A stretch of DNA of 64,000 nt, taken from an uncultured Staphylococcaceae bacterium (lineage in GTDB: Bacteria; Bacillota_I; Bacilli_A; RFN20; CAG-826). The position numbers were made by a program, and so were the translations under genes. Location of the stretch: the NCBI GenBank assembly GCA_964562705.1, contig CAZLUI010000004.1:1503-65502 (forward strand). Reading direction: 5' to 3'. Each line of letters begins with the position of its first letter. The stretch's first letter is position 1. Positions 38,076 through 49,210 of the stretch are shown piece by piece. A model generated the notes under the pieces. That model saw only the letters and a list, made by a program, of their open reading frames with translations, was not told where the DNA came from and did no database searches.

Positions 38076-39605
38076 TTATTTATGTTTTTTCTTATTAACA
38101 ATGGCTTGTGTTAAAAGTGACAATCCAAGTGAAATGAACGCACTTATTAACCAATACACACCCATAGCTGCAGGTAATGTGAAGCCCATGACGATAATCA
38201 TAATCATCATTCCATAACTTACGATAGTCATCGTTTTGTTTTGTTGTTTTTGAGCTGGATTAACACCTAATCTAGCAACTTTTTTAGTTTTTGCTTTAAC
38301 AATCCATTGTGGAACTTTCATTGATAGGAACTGTGCGACCGCCATCACGATGAATAAAACAAGAGCAGTCCACCAGCCATACATATTGCTTGGCATTCCA
38401 TCAAAATTGCTTAAGGCAGTCCAGATTGATGTTGAAAGATTTAAGTTCAAGAAAGTACCTGTAGATAATACAGCAGATCCAGTCATAGCACCCCAAACAC
38501 CAATAAAGATAGGGAACTGAACAACCATGATTAGAAGTTGCGATAAAGGATTAACTTTATTCTTCTTATATAGTTTCATCTGTTCTTCAGCTAAACGCTG
38601 CTTCTCAGATTGATTTGTGTTTGCGTTTGGATATTTAGCTTGAATTTTTGCTAATTCGGGTTGTAAAGCTTGAATCTTTTGTTGTCCATACGTAGCTTTG
38701 AATGTGATAGCAAAAATAATTAAACGAACAATCACAGTTACAACTAGCAAGGCTAATAATTGTGGCCAGCCTTGTAGCATTGCGCCTGAATCAAGGCCGC
38801 CAGCAAACGATGTTGCTAAAATATCAGTTAACCAGGCAACTGGATATACAATTAATCCAGAGATTGGTCCTTTTGACCAAGCATAGCCCCAATCCTTTTT
38901 GTTGATTTGGACCTGAATTTCATCTTGCCCGTACATTCCATATTTATAATCTTCAATAGCAATACAAGATTTTGTACCAGAAATTCCAGTATTCATTGTA
39001 GTCTGGTATAAAGAAACATAATCTCTTGTTGGACAAGCCTCAACACCTAGTTCAAAAGATAATTGGCTGTTAATAGCTTGATAATTACCCCAAACATTAT
39101 CTTCATCACCATAAAACTTATAGTAGCCAAAATCAGTTAAAGCGGACTCTGCTTCTTCTTTTGTTAAGATGGCTGGCGAATAAGCGGTATGAGATAAAGC
39201 AAGTTTTAAAACTTTATAATCAAATTCTTTAAAGTAATCACTACCTGGAACTGCATATTTCTTGTTTGTTGCAGTTTCGTTGATAGATGAAATTTGTTTG
39301 AATTTAACAATGCTACTACTTTCGCTGTTCCATTTGTAATAGTTATTTTTGCTATCAAATGTTACTTTTCGCCAAAGATTTTCATTTTCAGAAAATACTT
39401 GTTCGATTACATAAGAATATTCTTCATTCTTTTGTTCTTCCGCTTCAGCTTTTGAGCTAAAGTATTCAGTAACACCTGGTTCGATAGCAAAAAGAATTCT
39501 GCTCTTCTCTGAAGACATGCAGAAATTTGAAGTACAGCTAGAAGCAATGAAAGCAGACATCAATACGATGCCGCCGGTCAATACTAGTTTAGTTGATTTT
39601 TTCAC
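38076..39605 (-). CDS. yidC: membrane protein insertase YidC/SpoIIIJ-family lipoprotein, unusually long (509 aa) with a ~250-aa extracytoplasmic N-domain
   Basis: Lipobox FIASSC; C-terminal 5-TM Oxa1 core; basic tail KKKHK; position rnpA-yidC-jag. Confidence 0.85.
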   Translation of the reverse strand: MKKSTKLVLTGGIVLMSAFIASSCTSNFCMSSEKSRILFAIEPGVTEYFSSKAEAEEQKNEEYSYVIEQVFSENENLWRKVTFDSKNNYYKWNSESSSIVKFKQISSINETATNKKYAVPGSDYFKEFDYKVLKLALSHTAYSPAILTKEEAESALTDFGYYKFYGDEDNVWGNYQAINSQLSFELGVEACPTRDYVSLYQTTMNTGISGTKSCIAIEDYKYGMYGQDEIQVQINKKDWGYAWSKGPISGLIVYPVAWLTDILATSFAGGLDSGAMLQGWPQLLALLVVTVIVRLIIFAITFKATYGQQKIQALQPELAKIQAKYPNANTNQSEKQRLAEEQMKLYKKNKVNPLSQLLIMVVQFPIFIGVWGAMTGSAVLSTGTFLNLNLSTSIWTALSNFDGMPSNMYGWWTALVLFIVMAVAQFLSMKVPQWIVKAKTKKVARLGVNPAQKQQNKTMTIVSYGMMIMIIVMGFTLPAAMGVYWLISAFISLGLSLLTQAIVNKKKHK

Positions 39606-39934
39606 TATTTATTTCCTACTTTGCTTAATAAGTCACTGATATCTTCTTTGCTTACAGCAAAATTATCGATATCGTAGTTTCGCCGAGCTATAAAGATATA
39701 ATCGAAACCTTTTGTTATATCTAATTCAGTGTTCAGAATTGCTCGAATCTGTCTTTTCATTTTGTTACGAACAACGGCGTTGCCGCTTTTAGTTGGGATT
39801 GAGATTCCAACCCTGGCATAACCTAATTCGTTTGGCAAATAGTAAAGAGTGAGAGTTTTAGATTTTAAAAGCGATCCATCAGAAATTACTTTTTGAAATT
39901 CTTTATATTTCTTTACTCGATACTTTGATTTCAT
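39605..39934 (-). CDS. rnpA: ribonuclease P protein component
   Basis: MKSKYRVKKYKEFQKVISDG...; follows rpmH. Confidence 0.9.
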   Translation of the reverse strand: MKSKYRVKKYKEFQKVISDGSLLKSKTLTLYYLPNELGYARVGISIPTKSGNAVVRNKMKRQIRAILNTELDITKGFDYIFIARRNYDIDNFAVSKEDISDLLSKVGNK

Positions 39935-39943
39935 GAAAAATGA

Positions 39944-40078
39944 TTAAGCAGTTAAACTTGCTCTGCCTTTTTCGCGACGAGCAGCTAAAACTTTACGGCC
40001 ACTCTTTGTAGCCATTCTTGCACGGAAACCATGGACATTGCGTCTGTGGGTCTTGCTTGGTTGATAAGTTCTTTTCAT
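39944..40078 (-). CDS. rpmH: 50S ribosomal protein L34 (missing from the ORF track because it is under 60 aa)
   Basis: Manual translation: [44 protein letters not shown]. Confidence 0.95.
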   Translation of the reverse strand: MKRTYQPSKTHRRNVHGFRARMATKSGRKVLAARREKGRASLTA

Positions 40079-40545
40079 TGAGTTAATCTCCTTGTGTTTT
40101 TACACGCGCTAAAAATTATATATGCACCCGCGCTATTAGTCAAAGATTATTTACGCACACTCGCTCGCGAGGTTTTCTGAATTCGTCAAGTTGAATTAAT
40201 AAATGAATATTTTCCACATAATAATAAAAATTATGAAGTTTTTTTCTATTCTTAGGTAAAAGTTTTAAAAATTGTCAACATGTTACTATTAAAATGTTAA
40301 TTTTGATATTTTTTCTTTATTTTTACATGAATCAGTCGAACATATTTAAGATTTTAGATAATGTTGATTTATATCTTTTCTGTCCACTTTTGAACAATAT
40401 AATTCGCATTTATCCACACAGCTTTGCACATTTATCACAAAATATGTTGATAACTTAGTTTTTAATCGATTAAATCCAACCATTTTTAGTGTTTTATTGT
40501 GGAAAATTCATTTTTTCTAAAATTGGATGTTTATTTTATCTTTGA
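40079..40545. promoter_or_regulatory. oriC: oriC part 1: AT-rich rpmH-dnaA intergenic region with DnaA boxes
   Basis: TTTTCCACA at 40210-18; TGTCCACTT at 40381-89; perfect TTATCCACA at 40410-18; TTATCACAA at 40432-40; TTATCAACA (minus strand) at ~40446-54; TTTTCCACA (minus strand) at ~40498-40506. Confidence 0.85.
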
Positions 40546-40581
40546 GTGATAGTATACTTTGTTTACAAAAGAGGACAATAT

Positions 40582-41940
40582 ATGGCTGAAACTATCTCTG
40601 AACTTGGTCGCATTTGGGCGAAAGTTCTGGAAAATCTAGAAATGAAAATAGATGATCGCCGTTTTTTCGATGTCTTCCTTAGCGAATCAAGCATTTATTC
40701 ATTAGATGGAAATCAGATGTTGGTATCTGTTAGCTCCAGTTTGGCTGCTACGATTTTATCAACTAAATACTTGAGTACGATTCAGGATGCTGTAAAAGAC
40801 GTCACAAACCAAACAATTAAGGTAAAATTTGAAAATAGTGATAATTTGAAAGCAATTGCCAAACCGGTAACTGAAGAAGCTAAATATTTTAAGTATTCAA
40901 TAGTCAAACCAACACTTACTTTTGACAATTTTATTACCGGTTCATGCAATATTGAGGCGAAACAAGCTTCAATTTTAATTGCTAAAAACCCAGGAAGCAG
41001 AGACTATAATCCTTTATTTATATATTCAGATTCAGGTTTGGGAAAAACTCACCTTCTATCCGCGATTGTTAATTACCTAAAGGAATCGGCGTCGGGTAAA
41101 AAGACCTTGTACTGTGCTGCGTCTGATTTTCTTGAAGAATACCTTCTTGTCGCTAATGGCGAAAAAGAATTCAACAAATTAAAAGATTATATCGTCAGCC
41201 ACGATGTGTTGTTAATTGACGATGTTCAAATGCTTGGTGGAAAAGAGAAAACAACCGATTATTTATTCCAGATTTTCCAAAAGATGTATAACGGAGGAAA
41301 ACAAATTGTTATCACTAGTGATAAGCATCCTAGTGAATTGAAAGGTTTTGACGAAAGACTTAAATCAAGATTTGCTGGCGGTCTTTCGATCTCGATTGGA
41401 GCACCAGACGTTCAAACCTGCATCTCAATCCTAAAATCGAAAATTGATGCAGGACCAATCGAACTTAGTGCATTTGATGAGAATGTCCTTGAATTTATTG
41501 GACAAAAATTCTCCAAAAATATTCGCAACATTGATGAGGCATTGAATAAATTGGTGTTTTACACCACAACATTCAAGCCAACCAAGCATATCGATATGGA
41601 AGTAGCTATGGAAGCCTTGCAGCCGCTCCTCGACGTGAGAGTTGAAAAACAAAGATTAAGTGAACAAAAAATTATTAGTGTTGTTGCCGATTATTACAAC
41701 TTAACCCCTTCTCAAGTTACAGGAAACTCAAGACAAGGGCAAATCGCTCTCGCTAGGCATATATCCATGTATTTAATTAGAAGCATGCTCGATGTTCCAT
41801 TTACAAAAATTGGCATGACGTTCGGTGGCAAGGATCACTCCACGGTAATGAACGGTGTAGTAAAAGTGGAAAATGAGTCGAAAATTAATCAGACATTGCA
41901 AGAGGCGTTAGTCGAATTAAAGAAACGACTAAAATCCTAG
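40582..41940 (+). CDS. dnaA: chromosomal replication initiator DnaA
   Basis: MAETISELGRIWAKVLENL with RBS aaagagga; AAA+ GLGKTHLL; C-terminal DNA-binding helix-turn-helix. The track ORF starts 36 nt earlier without an SD. Confidence 0.97.
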   Translation: MAETISELGRIWAKVLENLEMKIDDRRFFDVFLSESSIYSLDGNQMLVSVSSSLAATILSTKYLSTIQDAVKDVTNQTIKVKFENSDNLKAIAKPVTEEAKYFKYSIVKPTLTFDNFITGSCNIEAKQASILIAKNPGSRDYNPLFIYSDSGLGKTHLLSAIVNYLKESASGKKTLYCAASDFLEEYLLVANGEKEFNKLKDYIVSHDVLLIDDVQMLGGKEKTTDYLFQIFQKMYNGGKQIVITSDKHPSELKGFDERLKSRFAGGLSISIGAPDVQTCISILKSKIDAGPIELSAFDENVLEFIGQKFSKNIRNIDEALNKLVFYTTTFKPTKHIDMEVAMEALQPLLDVRVEKQRLSEQKIISVVADYYNLTPSQVTGNSRQGQIALARHISMYLIRSMLDVPFTKIGMTFGGKDHSTVMNGVVKVENESKINQTLQEALVELKKRLKS

Positions 41941-42072
41941 TATTTATTTTATAAATTGAATACACATACAGGCAATAGCGTGATAGAATGGAAATACAAA
42001 ACAAACTAGTTTTCCACACAATCCACAGGCATTACTATTATTAATATATTTGAAAGGAATAAATAAATAATT
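41941..42072. promoter_or_regulatory. oriC: oriC part 2: dnaA-dnaN intergenic region with tandem DnaA boxes plus an AT-rich putative DNA unwinding element
   Basis: TTTTCCACA at 42010-18 immediately followed by CAATCCACA at 42019-27, then attactattattaatatatt. Confidence 0.75.
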
Positions 42073-43179
42073 ATGAGATTTACCGCAAACCGAGAATACT
42101 TACTCAAAGCATTGATGATGGTTTCGAAAGCTGTTCCTCAAAAAGCTGAACTACCAATTCTACAAAACGTCAAGATATCTCTTAACGAAAGAGGACTTGA
42201 ATTTGTTGGAAGTGATAACAATATAACAATCAGAACCTCCGTACCTTATATGGTGAATGATGTTGAATTAATCAAAAATGCCAAACCTGGTGAAACATTA
42301 GTTCAATGCAAATTATTACTAGAAATTATTAGACACTCTGAAAGTGAATTTATTGATTTCGAATTAATTGACAACTCAATTCTCAAAATCGCTTATGGTG
42401 ATACGGTCAATAAACCAAACACAATTAGAGTTGAAGAATATCCGGAAATTGATTTTAACTCAAATGGGGCCTCTTTCGATATCAAGACAACCGATATATC
42501 AAGATTGGTTGAACAGACCGCCTTTGCGGCCTCTACGAAAGAAACAAGACCAATTTTAACCGCGGTCAACCTTGAAGCTCACGAAGGTTTACTGACAGCG
42601 ACCGCCACCGACACAGCAAGGTTAGCTAGAAAAACGATTGATATTGAATGTGCCTCAAGTTTCAACGCTAACATTCCTGCCAAGAAATTGTTAGATATTG
42701 TCCACTCTTTTGAAGGTGAAGAATTTGTATCAATCGCTATTAGCGATAAAAAAGCATTGTTCTCGTTTGGCAATACTATAATTTCTACACGTTTAATCAA
42801 TGGCGATTATCCGAACACAAAAAACATTGTTCCGAAAACTTTCAATTACCACCTCGAAGTCAACTCGAGGGAATTCTTGTCAGCCATGGAAAGAGTTTCT
42901 TTGTTTGGTGGAATTATCAAATTGATTATGACAGAAGATGAAGTTGAGTTAATTTCTAGATCATCGATCGTCGGTTCTGCCAATGTTAAATTATCAACAT
43001 TCCAATTCTCTGGTGAAAGATTAGAAATCTCGTTCAATTCAGTTTTTGTTGCTGATGCGATAAAAGCTGTTGCAAGCGAGGATGTCACTATTTCCTTCAT
43101 TGGCGAAATGAAGCCGTTCGTTGTTAAGAATGTCAAAGATGATAGTGTTGATATGTTAGTCACCCCATTACGTTCATAA
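42073..43179 (+). CDS. dnaN: DNA polymerase III beta sliding clamp
   Basis: MRFTANREYLLKALMMVSKAV...; 368 aa; follows dnaA. Confidence 0.95.
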   Translation: MRFTANREYLLKALMMVSKAVPQKAELPILQNVKISLNERGLEFVGSDNNITIRTSVPYMVNDVELIKNAKPGETLVQCKLLLEIIRHSESEFIDFELIDNSILKIAYGDTVNKPNTIRVEEYPEIDFNSNGASFDIKTTDISRLVEQTAFAASTKETRPILTAVNLEAHEGLLTATATDTARLARKTIDIECASSFNANIPAKKLLDIVHSFEGEEFVSIAISDKKALFSFGNTIISTRLINGDYPNTKNIVPKTFNYHLEVNSREFLSAMERVSLFGGIIKLIMTEDEVELISRSSIVGSANVKLSTFQFSGERLEISFNSVFVADAIKAVASEDVTISFIGEMKPFVVKNVKDDSVDMLVTPLRS

Positions 43180-43285
43180 ACCTCCAAAAATAAGTCGTTT
43201 TTACATATTGGAATTCAAGGGAATTTATTATTCCCTTTTATTTTTATATATGATAAAATTATTTTTGAGGAGTAAACATCTTTTT

Positions 43286-43504
43286 ATGGATAAAAAACCT
43301 ATCGAGGTCAAAATCGCCTCTGAATTCATTACTTTGGGCCAATTTTTGAAGTATGCTGACATCATTCAATCCGGTGGTGAAGCAAAACCTTATCTTCAAA
43401 CTGCTCATGTTGTAATTAATGACGTGGAAGATAATCGCCGAGGTCGCAAAATTCGTCCCGGTGACAAAGTTGAAATTGATTCTAAGGTTTATCTTGTTTC
43501 TTAA
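43286..43504 (+). CDS. yaaA: S4-domain RNA-binding protein YaaA
   Basis: MDKKPIEVKIASEFITLGQFLKY...; RBS gaggag; dnaN-yaaA-recF synteny. The track ORF starts earlier at 43208. Confidence 0.85.
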   Translation: MDKKPIEVKIASEFITLGQFLKYADIIQSGGEAKPYLQTAHVVINDVEDNRRGRKIRPGDKVEIDSKVYLVS

Positions 43505-43506
43505 AA

Positions 43507-44580
43507 ATGTTTGTTTCAAAACTCGTTCTTAGGAATTTCCGGAACTACGGATGGCTCGAATTGGAGTTCTCGCCAAAGATGAATGTTATTGTTGGTGACA
43601 ACGCTGAAGGAAAGACAAATATTGTAGAAGCTATTCACTTTCTCTCTTTGGCACGATCCTTCCGAACCAACGAATTTGCGGATTTAATAATGAAATCGCG
43701 CCAATTCGCCACGATTGAGGCCAGGGTTGAGCAATTAACCACAAAGAAAGAAATAACGGCTCTATTAACTCCATCTGGCAAAAAGATAAGCTGTAACGGA
43801 AAACCGGTTCGGCGCATATCGGAATTATCGAGTCTCATTAATGTGATAGTCTTTGAACCCAAAGATGCGTTAATGTTCAACGATTCACCAATAGTCCGCC
43901 GAAACTTTATGGACATTAGTATTTCAAAGAAATCGCCTTTATATCTTGAAAACCTGATGATCTATGAAAAATTACTTCGAGAAAGAAACCTTCTTCTCAA
44001 AAACGAAAATGTTGATTTAACTCAATTAAATGTGGTTACTCAACAAATTGTCGCCGCATCTGAGGAAATTGTGAAATATCGCTGTACATTCGTAAGCGAG
44101 ATTAATCGCATATTATCAAAGATAACGACACAGTTAAAAGGCGAAACAGAAGAAGCACATCTTGTATATGAGCCATTTGTCAAATGCGATGAACATTTCA
44201 AACAAAATGGTACGCGCATGTACGAGCGCGCATTAGAAAGTGATAGAAAACGTCGAATGACTCAGGTTGGCATTCACCGCGAAGACATCAAAATGTTCTT
44301 AAACGGATATGACATTTCTTCACATGGTAGTCAGGGCGAAAACAGAATTGTTGTTATTGCCTTAAAGTTAGCTCCTTACTTCTTAATAGAAGATAAAGAA
44401 TTGAGACCAATTGTTGTTCTAGATGATGTATTGTCTGAATTGGACAAGGAGCACAAAGAAAGGTTAATCGCCTTTCTAAGGAAGTTTGAACAAGTGTTCA
44501 TTACTTCCACATCAGCACAAATTAATAACGCTTCAATATTCGAAGTGAAAAAGCATACAGTTACAAGGAGGAATGCTTAA
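43507..44580 (+). CDS. recF: DNA replication and repair protein RecF
   Basis: [47 protein letters not shown]. Confidence 0.95.
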   Translation: MFVSKLVLRNFRNYGWLELEFSPKMNVIVGDNAEGKTNIVEAIHFLSLARSFRTNEFADLIMKSRQFATIEARVEQLTTKKEITALLTPSGKKISCNGKPVRRISELSSLINVIVFEPKDALMFNDSPIVRRNFMDISISKKSPLYLENLMIYEKLLRERNLLLKNENVDLTQLNVVTQQIVAASEEIVKYRCTFVSEINRILSKITTQLKGETEEAHLVYEPFVKCDEHFKQNGTRMYERALESDRKRRMTQVGIHREDIKMFLNGYDISSHGSQGENRIVVIALKLAPYFLIEDKELRPIVVLDDVLSELDKEHKERLIAFLRKFEQVFITSTSAQINNASIFEVKKHTVTRRNA

Positions 44581-46619
44581 TGGAAGAAAAAGAGAAAATT
44601 GAATCTACTCTTAAAGATGACGAAGTCAGAGATGATTCCATCGAAGTAGATGTCCCAATGGACGAGAAAGAGGACCGCGCTAATGAAAAGTACACCGCGA
44701 CCAATATTCAAGTCTTAGAGGGTCTAGAGGCTGTCAGAAAACGTCCTGGCATGTACATCGGTACAACCGCTTCACCAGGTCTTCACCATCTAGTATGGGA
44801 AATTGTCGATAACTCAATCGACGAAGCCTTAGCTGGCTACTGCGACAAGATTATTGTCACAATTAATAAAGGTAACACTATCAGCGTCATAGATAATGGC
44901 CGTGGTGTTCCAGTAGACATCGTTGCTAAATCAGGTCTTTCCGGCGTTGAAACAGTCTTCACCATTCTCCACGCGGGTGGTAAGTTCGGCGAAGCTGGCG
45001 GATACAAAGTATCTGGTGGTCTACACGGTGTCGGCGCATCTGTTGTTAATGCCTTATCTGAATGGATGGAAGTAACTGTCCACAAAGATGGCGGTATTTA
45101 CTACATTAAGTTCGGTCGTGGTGGAAAGCCAATCGATCACTTAAAACGTATTGGTGATTGCAAAGACACAGGCACAACCGTCACTTTCAAACCAGATGAC
45201 ACAATCTTTACCGAAACAACCGAATACGATTACGACATTATTTGTGACCACTTAAAACAAATGGCCTACCTTAACAAAGGCGTTAAGATTGAAGTCAACG
45301 ATGATCGTGGTGATACAAGAAAAACTGAAGTTTACTGCTATGAAGGCGGTATTATTCAATATGTCAAAGATATCAACGCAAACAAAGGGCCTATCATGGA
45401 AGAAGTTATCTATTGTGAAGGTCGTGGAGTTTACGAAGTAAACGCAGAATCAAAAGGCCACATTAAATGTGAAGTTGCTATTCAATACAACGAATCATAC
45501 AATCCGACCATATTCTCTTTCTGCAACAACATTCATACACATGAAGGTGGTACTCACGAAGAAGGATTCCGTCTTGCTATTAGACGTGTTTTAAATGAAT
45601 ACGCACGCAGTTATAAATTCATCAAAGAAGACCAAGAAGATTTTGAAACATCTGATCTTCTTGAAGGTATGACTTGTATTGTTAGTGTGAAACACCCTAA
45701 CCCACAATACGAAGGACAAACAAAGACTAAACTTGGCAACAGCGAAGTTAGAAAAATTGTTTCACAAGTAGTTGGTGAACACTTAAAGAAATTCCTCCTT
45801 GAAAATCCAAAAGCTGCCGACATCATCATGAACAAGTTGCTAACAGCTGCCAAAGCTCGTATTGCTGCTAAAAATGCTCGTGAATCAGTTCGTAGAAATA
45901 CTGGATTAGAATTAACTACTCTTCCTGGAAAACTAGCCGATTGCTCAAGCAAAGATCCTAATATTTGTGAATTATACATTGTTGAAGGTAACTCCGCTGG
46001 TGGTTCTGCTAAAAACGGCCGCGATAGAAATACCCAAGCAATTCTTCCACTTCGTGGAAAAATTCTAAACGTTGAAAAAGCAACAATTGATAAAGCGTTT
46101 GCTAACGCTGAAATTGGCAACATGATTACCGCTATCGGTGCTGGTGTTGACCCAGAATTTAACGCCGAAAAAATTCGTTATCACAAAATCGTTATTATGA
46201 CCGATGCTGATGTTGACGGCAGCCACATTCGTATCTTGTTGTTAACATTCTTCTATCGCTACATGAAGGAACTCATTGAAAAAGGCTTTGTTTATATTGC
46301 TCAACCACCACTCTACAAAGTAGAGAATCATGGCAAACAATACTATGCCTATAACGATGAACAACTTGATGTGTTAAAGAAACAGCTTAACCTTAAACCT
46401 GGATTCCCATTCCAACGTTATAAAGGTCTTGGCGAAATGGATGCGGAACAACTTTGGGAAACAACCATGGATCCAAAAGCACGTAAGATGCTAAGAGTTC
46501 AATTAAGTGATGCTATCGAGGCTGATAAAGTATTCACAGATTTAATGGGTGATGAAGTTATGCCTCGTAAAGATTTCATTCACAAAAATGCCAAGTTCGT
46601 TAAGAATTTAGACATTTAA
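44580..46619 (+). CDS. gyrB: DNA gyrase subunit B
   Basis: [24 protein letters not shown]; [11 protein letters not shown]; Toprim domain; ~35-aa acidic N-terminal extension (the alternative start at MDEKED, 44658, is possible). Confidence 0.97.
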   Translation: MEEKEKIESTLKDDEVRDDSIEVDVPMDEKEDRANEKYTATNIQVLEGLEAVRKRPGMYIGTTASPGLHHLVWEIVDNSIDEALAGYCDKIIVTINKGNTISVIDNGRGVPVDIVAKSGLSGVETVFTILHAGGKFGEAGGYKVSGGLHGVGASVVNALSEWMEVTVHKDGGIYYIKFGRGGKPIDHLKRIGDCKDTGTTVTFKPDDTIFTETTEYDYDIICDHLKQMAYLNKGVKIEVNDDRGDTRKTEVYCYEGGIIQYVKDINANKGPIMEEVIYCEGRGVYEVNAESKGHIKCEVAIQYNESYNPTIFSFCNNIHTHEGGTHEEGFRLAIRRVLNEYARSYKFIKEDQEDFETSDLLEGMTCIVSVKHPNPQYEGQTKTKLGNSEVRKIVSQVVGEHLKKFLLENPKAADIIMNKLLTAAKARIAAKNARESVRRNTGLELTTLPGKLADCSSKDPNICELYIVEGNSAGGSAKNGRDRNTQAILPLRGKILNVEKATIDKAFANAEIGNMITAIGAGVDPEFNAEKIRYHKIVIMTDADVDGSHIRILLLTFFYRYMKELIEKGFVYIAQPPLYKVENHGKQYYAYNDEQLDVLKKQLNLKPGFPFQRYKGLGEMDAEQLWETTMDPKARKMLRVQLSDAIEADKVFTDLMGDEVMPRKDFIHKNAKFVKNLDI

Positions 46620-46634
46620 TGAAAGGAGAATTAT

Positions 46635-49208
46635 ATGTCAGACGAAGAAAAGAAAATTGACAACGTTGAAAACGTTGATGAAGAAGAAAATACCGCCAGT
46701 GATGCCGATATCGAAAAAATCGAAGAAGGTATTGTTCCAGGACTTCGCGATACAGATTTGAGCAAAGAAGTAAAAAGTAGCTTCCTTGATTATGCCATGT
46801 CTGTTATCGTTGCTCGTGCCATTCCAGATATCCGTGATGGCTGTAAACCAGTTCATCGCCGCGTTATTTATGATATGTACATTACCGGTATCCTCCCAGG
46901 ATCGCCATATAAGAAATGCGCTCGTATCGTTGGTGATGTTATGGGTAAATTTCACCCACACGGCGATGCTGCGATTTATTCAACATTAGTTCGTTTAGCT
47001 CAACCATTCTCAATGAGATACACTCTTGTTGATGGCCATGGTAACTTTGGTTCCGTGGATGGTGATGAGCCAGCTGCTTATCGTTATACCGAAGCTAGAA
47101 TGACCAAACTTGCCATGGAAATGGTTAGAGATATTAAATGTGATACAGTTGATTTCGTGGATAACTATGATGGTACAGAAGAAGAACCTTCTGTTCTTCC
47201 TTCTAGATTCCCTAATTTATTAGTCAATGGTTCAAACGGTATCGCTGTTGGTATGGCTACATACATTCCAACCCACAACTTGGGTGAAACAATCGACGCT
47301 GTTGTCGCCTTAGCGAAAAACCCACTCCTTACACCTGTAGAATTAATGACTGACTACTTATTTGGCCCTGATTTTTCAACTGGGGCAATGATTCTTGGCC
47401 GCTCCGGAATTAAACAAGCTTATGAAACTGGTTCAGGTTCAATTACTATTCGCTCACGTGCGGAAATAAAAGAAAATGAACACTCAGGCAAAAAGCAAAT
47501 CATTGTTACTGAGATTCCATATCAAGTTAACAAAGCGACATTAGTTGAGAACATTGCTCACTTAGTTAGAGATAAGGTTGTTGAAGGTATCACTGATATT
47601 CGTGATGAATCATCCAAAGGAAAAGTTCGTGTTGTTATTGACGTTCGTCATGATTGCATTCCTGAAGTTCTTTTGAATCAACTTTATAAGTTGACTCAAC
47701 TTCAAACAAGTATGGGCATCATTATGCTCAGTCTAGTTGATGGAGCACCAAAAATTCTTCCAATTAATGAAATTCTCCTTCATTACCTTAATTTCCAAAT
47801 CAATGTTGTCGAAAGAAGAACAAAATTCTTGTTAAAACAAGATGAAGCGAGACTTCACATTGTTGACGGCTTATTGAAGGCTACCGAATTTATTGATGAA
47901 ATCGTTAAAGACATTAGAGCAGCCGATACTCCAGATGAGGCGTCAGCTACTCTGATGAGTAAATATGGTTTCAGTGAACTCCAAACACAAGCCATTCTAG
48001 CTATGACCCTTCGTCGTTTAACCGGTCTAGAAGAAGGCAAACTTGAAGCCGAAAAGAAAGAACTTGAAGCTAATATTGCTAGTTATCACGCAATTCTTGC
48101 CTCTAGAGAAAGTGTTACAGAAGTTGTTGTGAAAGAACTTCTCGAAATCAAAGACAGATTCTCTGATGAAAGAATGACTGAGATCAGCGATGACGCTGCA
48201 ACTATCGAGGATGAAGATTTAATTCCTCAAAAAGATATTGTTATTGTTCTCACAACAAATAACTATGTTAAGAGAATGACAACCGAAACATTTAGAACCC
48301 AACATCGTGGCGGTCGTGGTGTTCGTGGCATGTCAACCAATGGTGAAGACTCAGTCAATATCATGGTTCACACCGAAACTCACACAGACATTCTGTTCTT
48401 CTCTAACCTTGGCCGTGTTTATAGACTTAGAGGTTATATGGTTCCTGAAGAAAGCAGAACTTCTAAAGGATTGCCAATTCAAAATCTTCTCAATCTTGAG
48501 AAGGGTGAGAAAGTTGTTTCAATCCTCCCACTTGATGACTACAATCCTGATCATTTCTTATTCTTTGCAACAAAAGAAGGAATTGTTAAACGAACAAGAT
48601 TGGGCGAATTTGAATCAATTAGAAGCAATGGCAAGATTGCCATCGTTCTACGTGAAACAGATTCATTGCTTGATGTTAAACGCACCAATGGTGAAGCTTT
48701 AATTGGCCTTGCTTCTTCAAAAGGCAAGATGGTTAAGTTCCCTGAAAATGATGTTAGACCAATTGGCAGAACTGCTACTGGTGTAAAAGGCATGGATTTA
48801 GATGCAGATGCATCCTTAATTGGATTGACTTCTTCTTTAGAAGGAAACAATATTCTTGTTATTACCCTTAACGGTTATGGTAAGATGTCTGCTCTTGAAG
48901 ATTATCGTCAATCTCACCGTGGCACAAAAGGTGTTATTACCCTCAATGTCACTAATAAGAATGGTCGCATTGTTGCTATGAGAGCTGTTAAAGGCGACGA
49001 GGACTTAATGATGATCACCAATGGTGGAACACTCATTAGAATGCCATTATCACAAATCAAGATTGTAGGCCGTAACACTCAAGGTGTTCGTGTTATTCGT
49101 CTTGATGATGAAAAGCAAAGAGTGTCTTCAATCGCTATTATTTCATCCGACGATATTTCGGGTGAAGAAGAGACTCCAGTTGAAGAAAACCCAGCAAAAG
49201 CTGAATAA
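46635..49208 (+). CDS. gyrA: DNA gyrase subunit A
   Basis: RDGLKPVHRR-like AIPDIRDGCKPVHRRVIY; active-site region AAYRYTEARMTK; C-terminal beta-pinwheel repeats. Confidence 0.97.
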   Translation: MSDEEKKIDNVENVDEEENTASDADIEKIEEGIVPGLRDTDLSKEVKSSFLDYAMSVIVARAIPDIRDGCKPVHRRVIYDMYITGILPGSPYKKCARIVGDVMGKFHPHGDAAIYSTLVRLAQPFSMRYTLVDGHGNFGSVDGDEPAAYRYTEARMTKLAMEMVRDIKCDTVDFVDNYDGTEEEPSVLPSRFPNLLVNGSNGIAVGMATYIPTHNLGETIDAVVALAKNPLLTPVELMTDYLFGPDFSTGAMILGRSGIKQAYETGSGSITIRSRAEIKENEHSGKKQIIVTEIPYQVNKATLVENIAHLVRDKVVEGITDIRDESSKGKVRVVIDVRHDCIPEVLLNQLYKLTQLQTSMGIIMLSLVDGAPKILPINEILLHYLNFQINVVERRTKFLLKQDEARLHIVDGLLKATEFIDEIVKDIRAADTPDEASATLMSKYGFSELQTQAILAMTLRRLTGLEEGKLEAEKKELEANIASYHAILASRESVTEVVVKELLEIKDRFSDERMTEISDDAATIEDEDLIPQKDIVIVLTTNNYVKRMTTETFRTQHRGGRGVRGMSTNGEDSVNIMVHTETHTDILFFSNLGRVYRLRGYMVPEESRTSKGLPIQNLLNLEKGEKVVSILPLDDYNPDHFLFFATKEGIVKRTRLGEFESIRSNGKIAIVLRETDSLLDVKRTNGEALIGLASSKGKMVKFPENDVRPIGRTATGVKGMDLDADASLIGLTSSLEGNNILVITLNGYGKMSALEDYRQSHRGTKGVITLNVTNKNGRIVAMRAVKGDEDLMMITNGGTLIRMPLSQIKIVGRNTQGVRVIRLDDEKQRVSSIAIISSDDISGEEETPVEENPAKAE

Positions 49209-49210
49209 TT

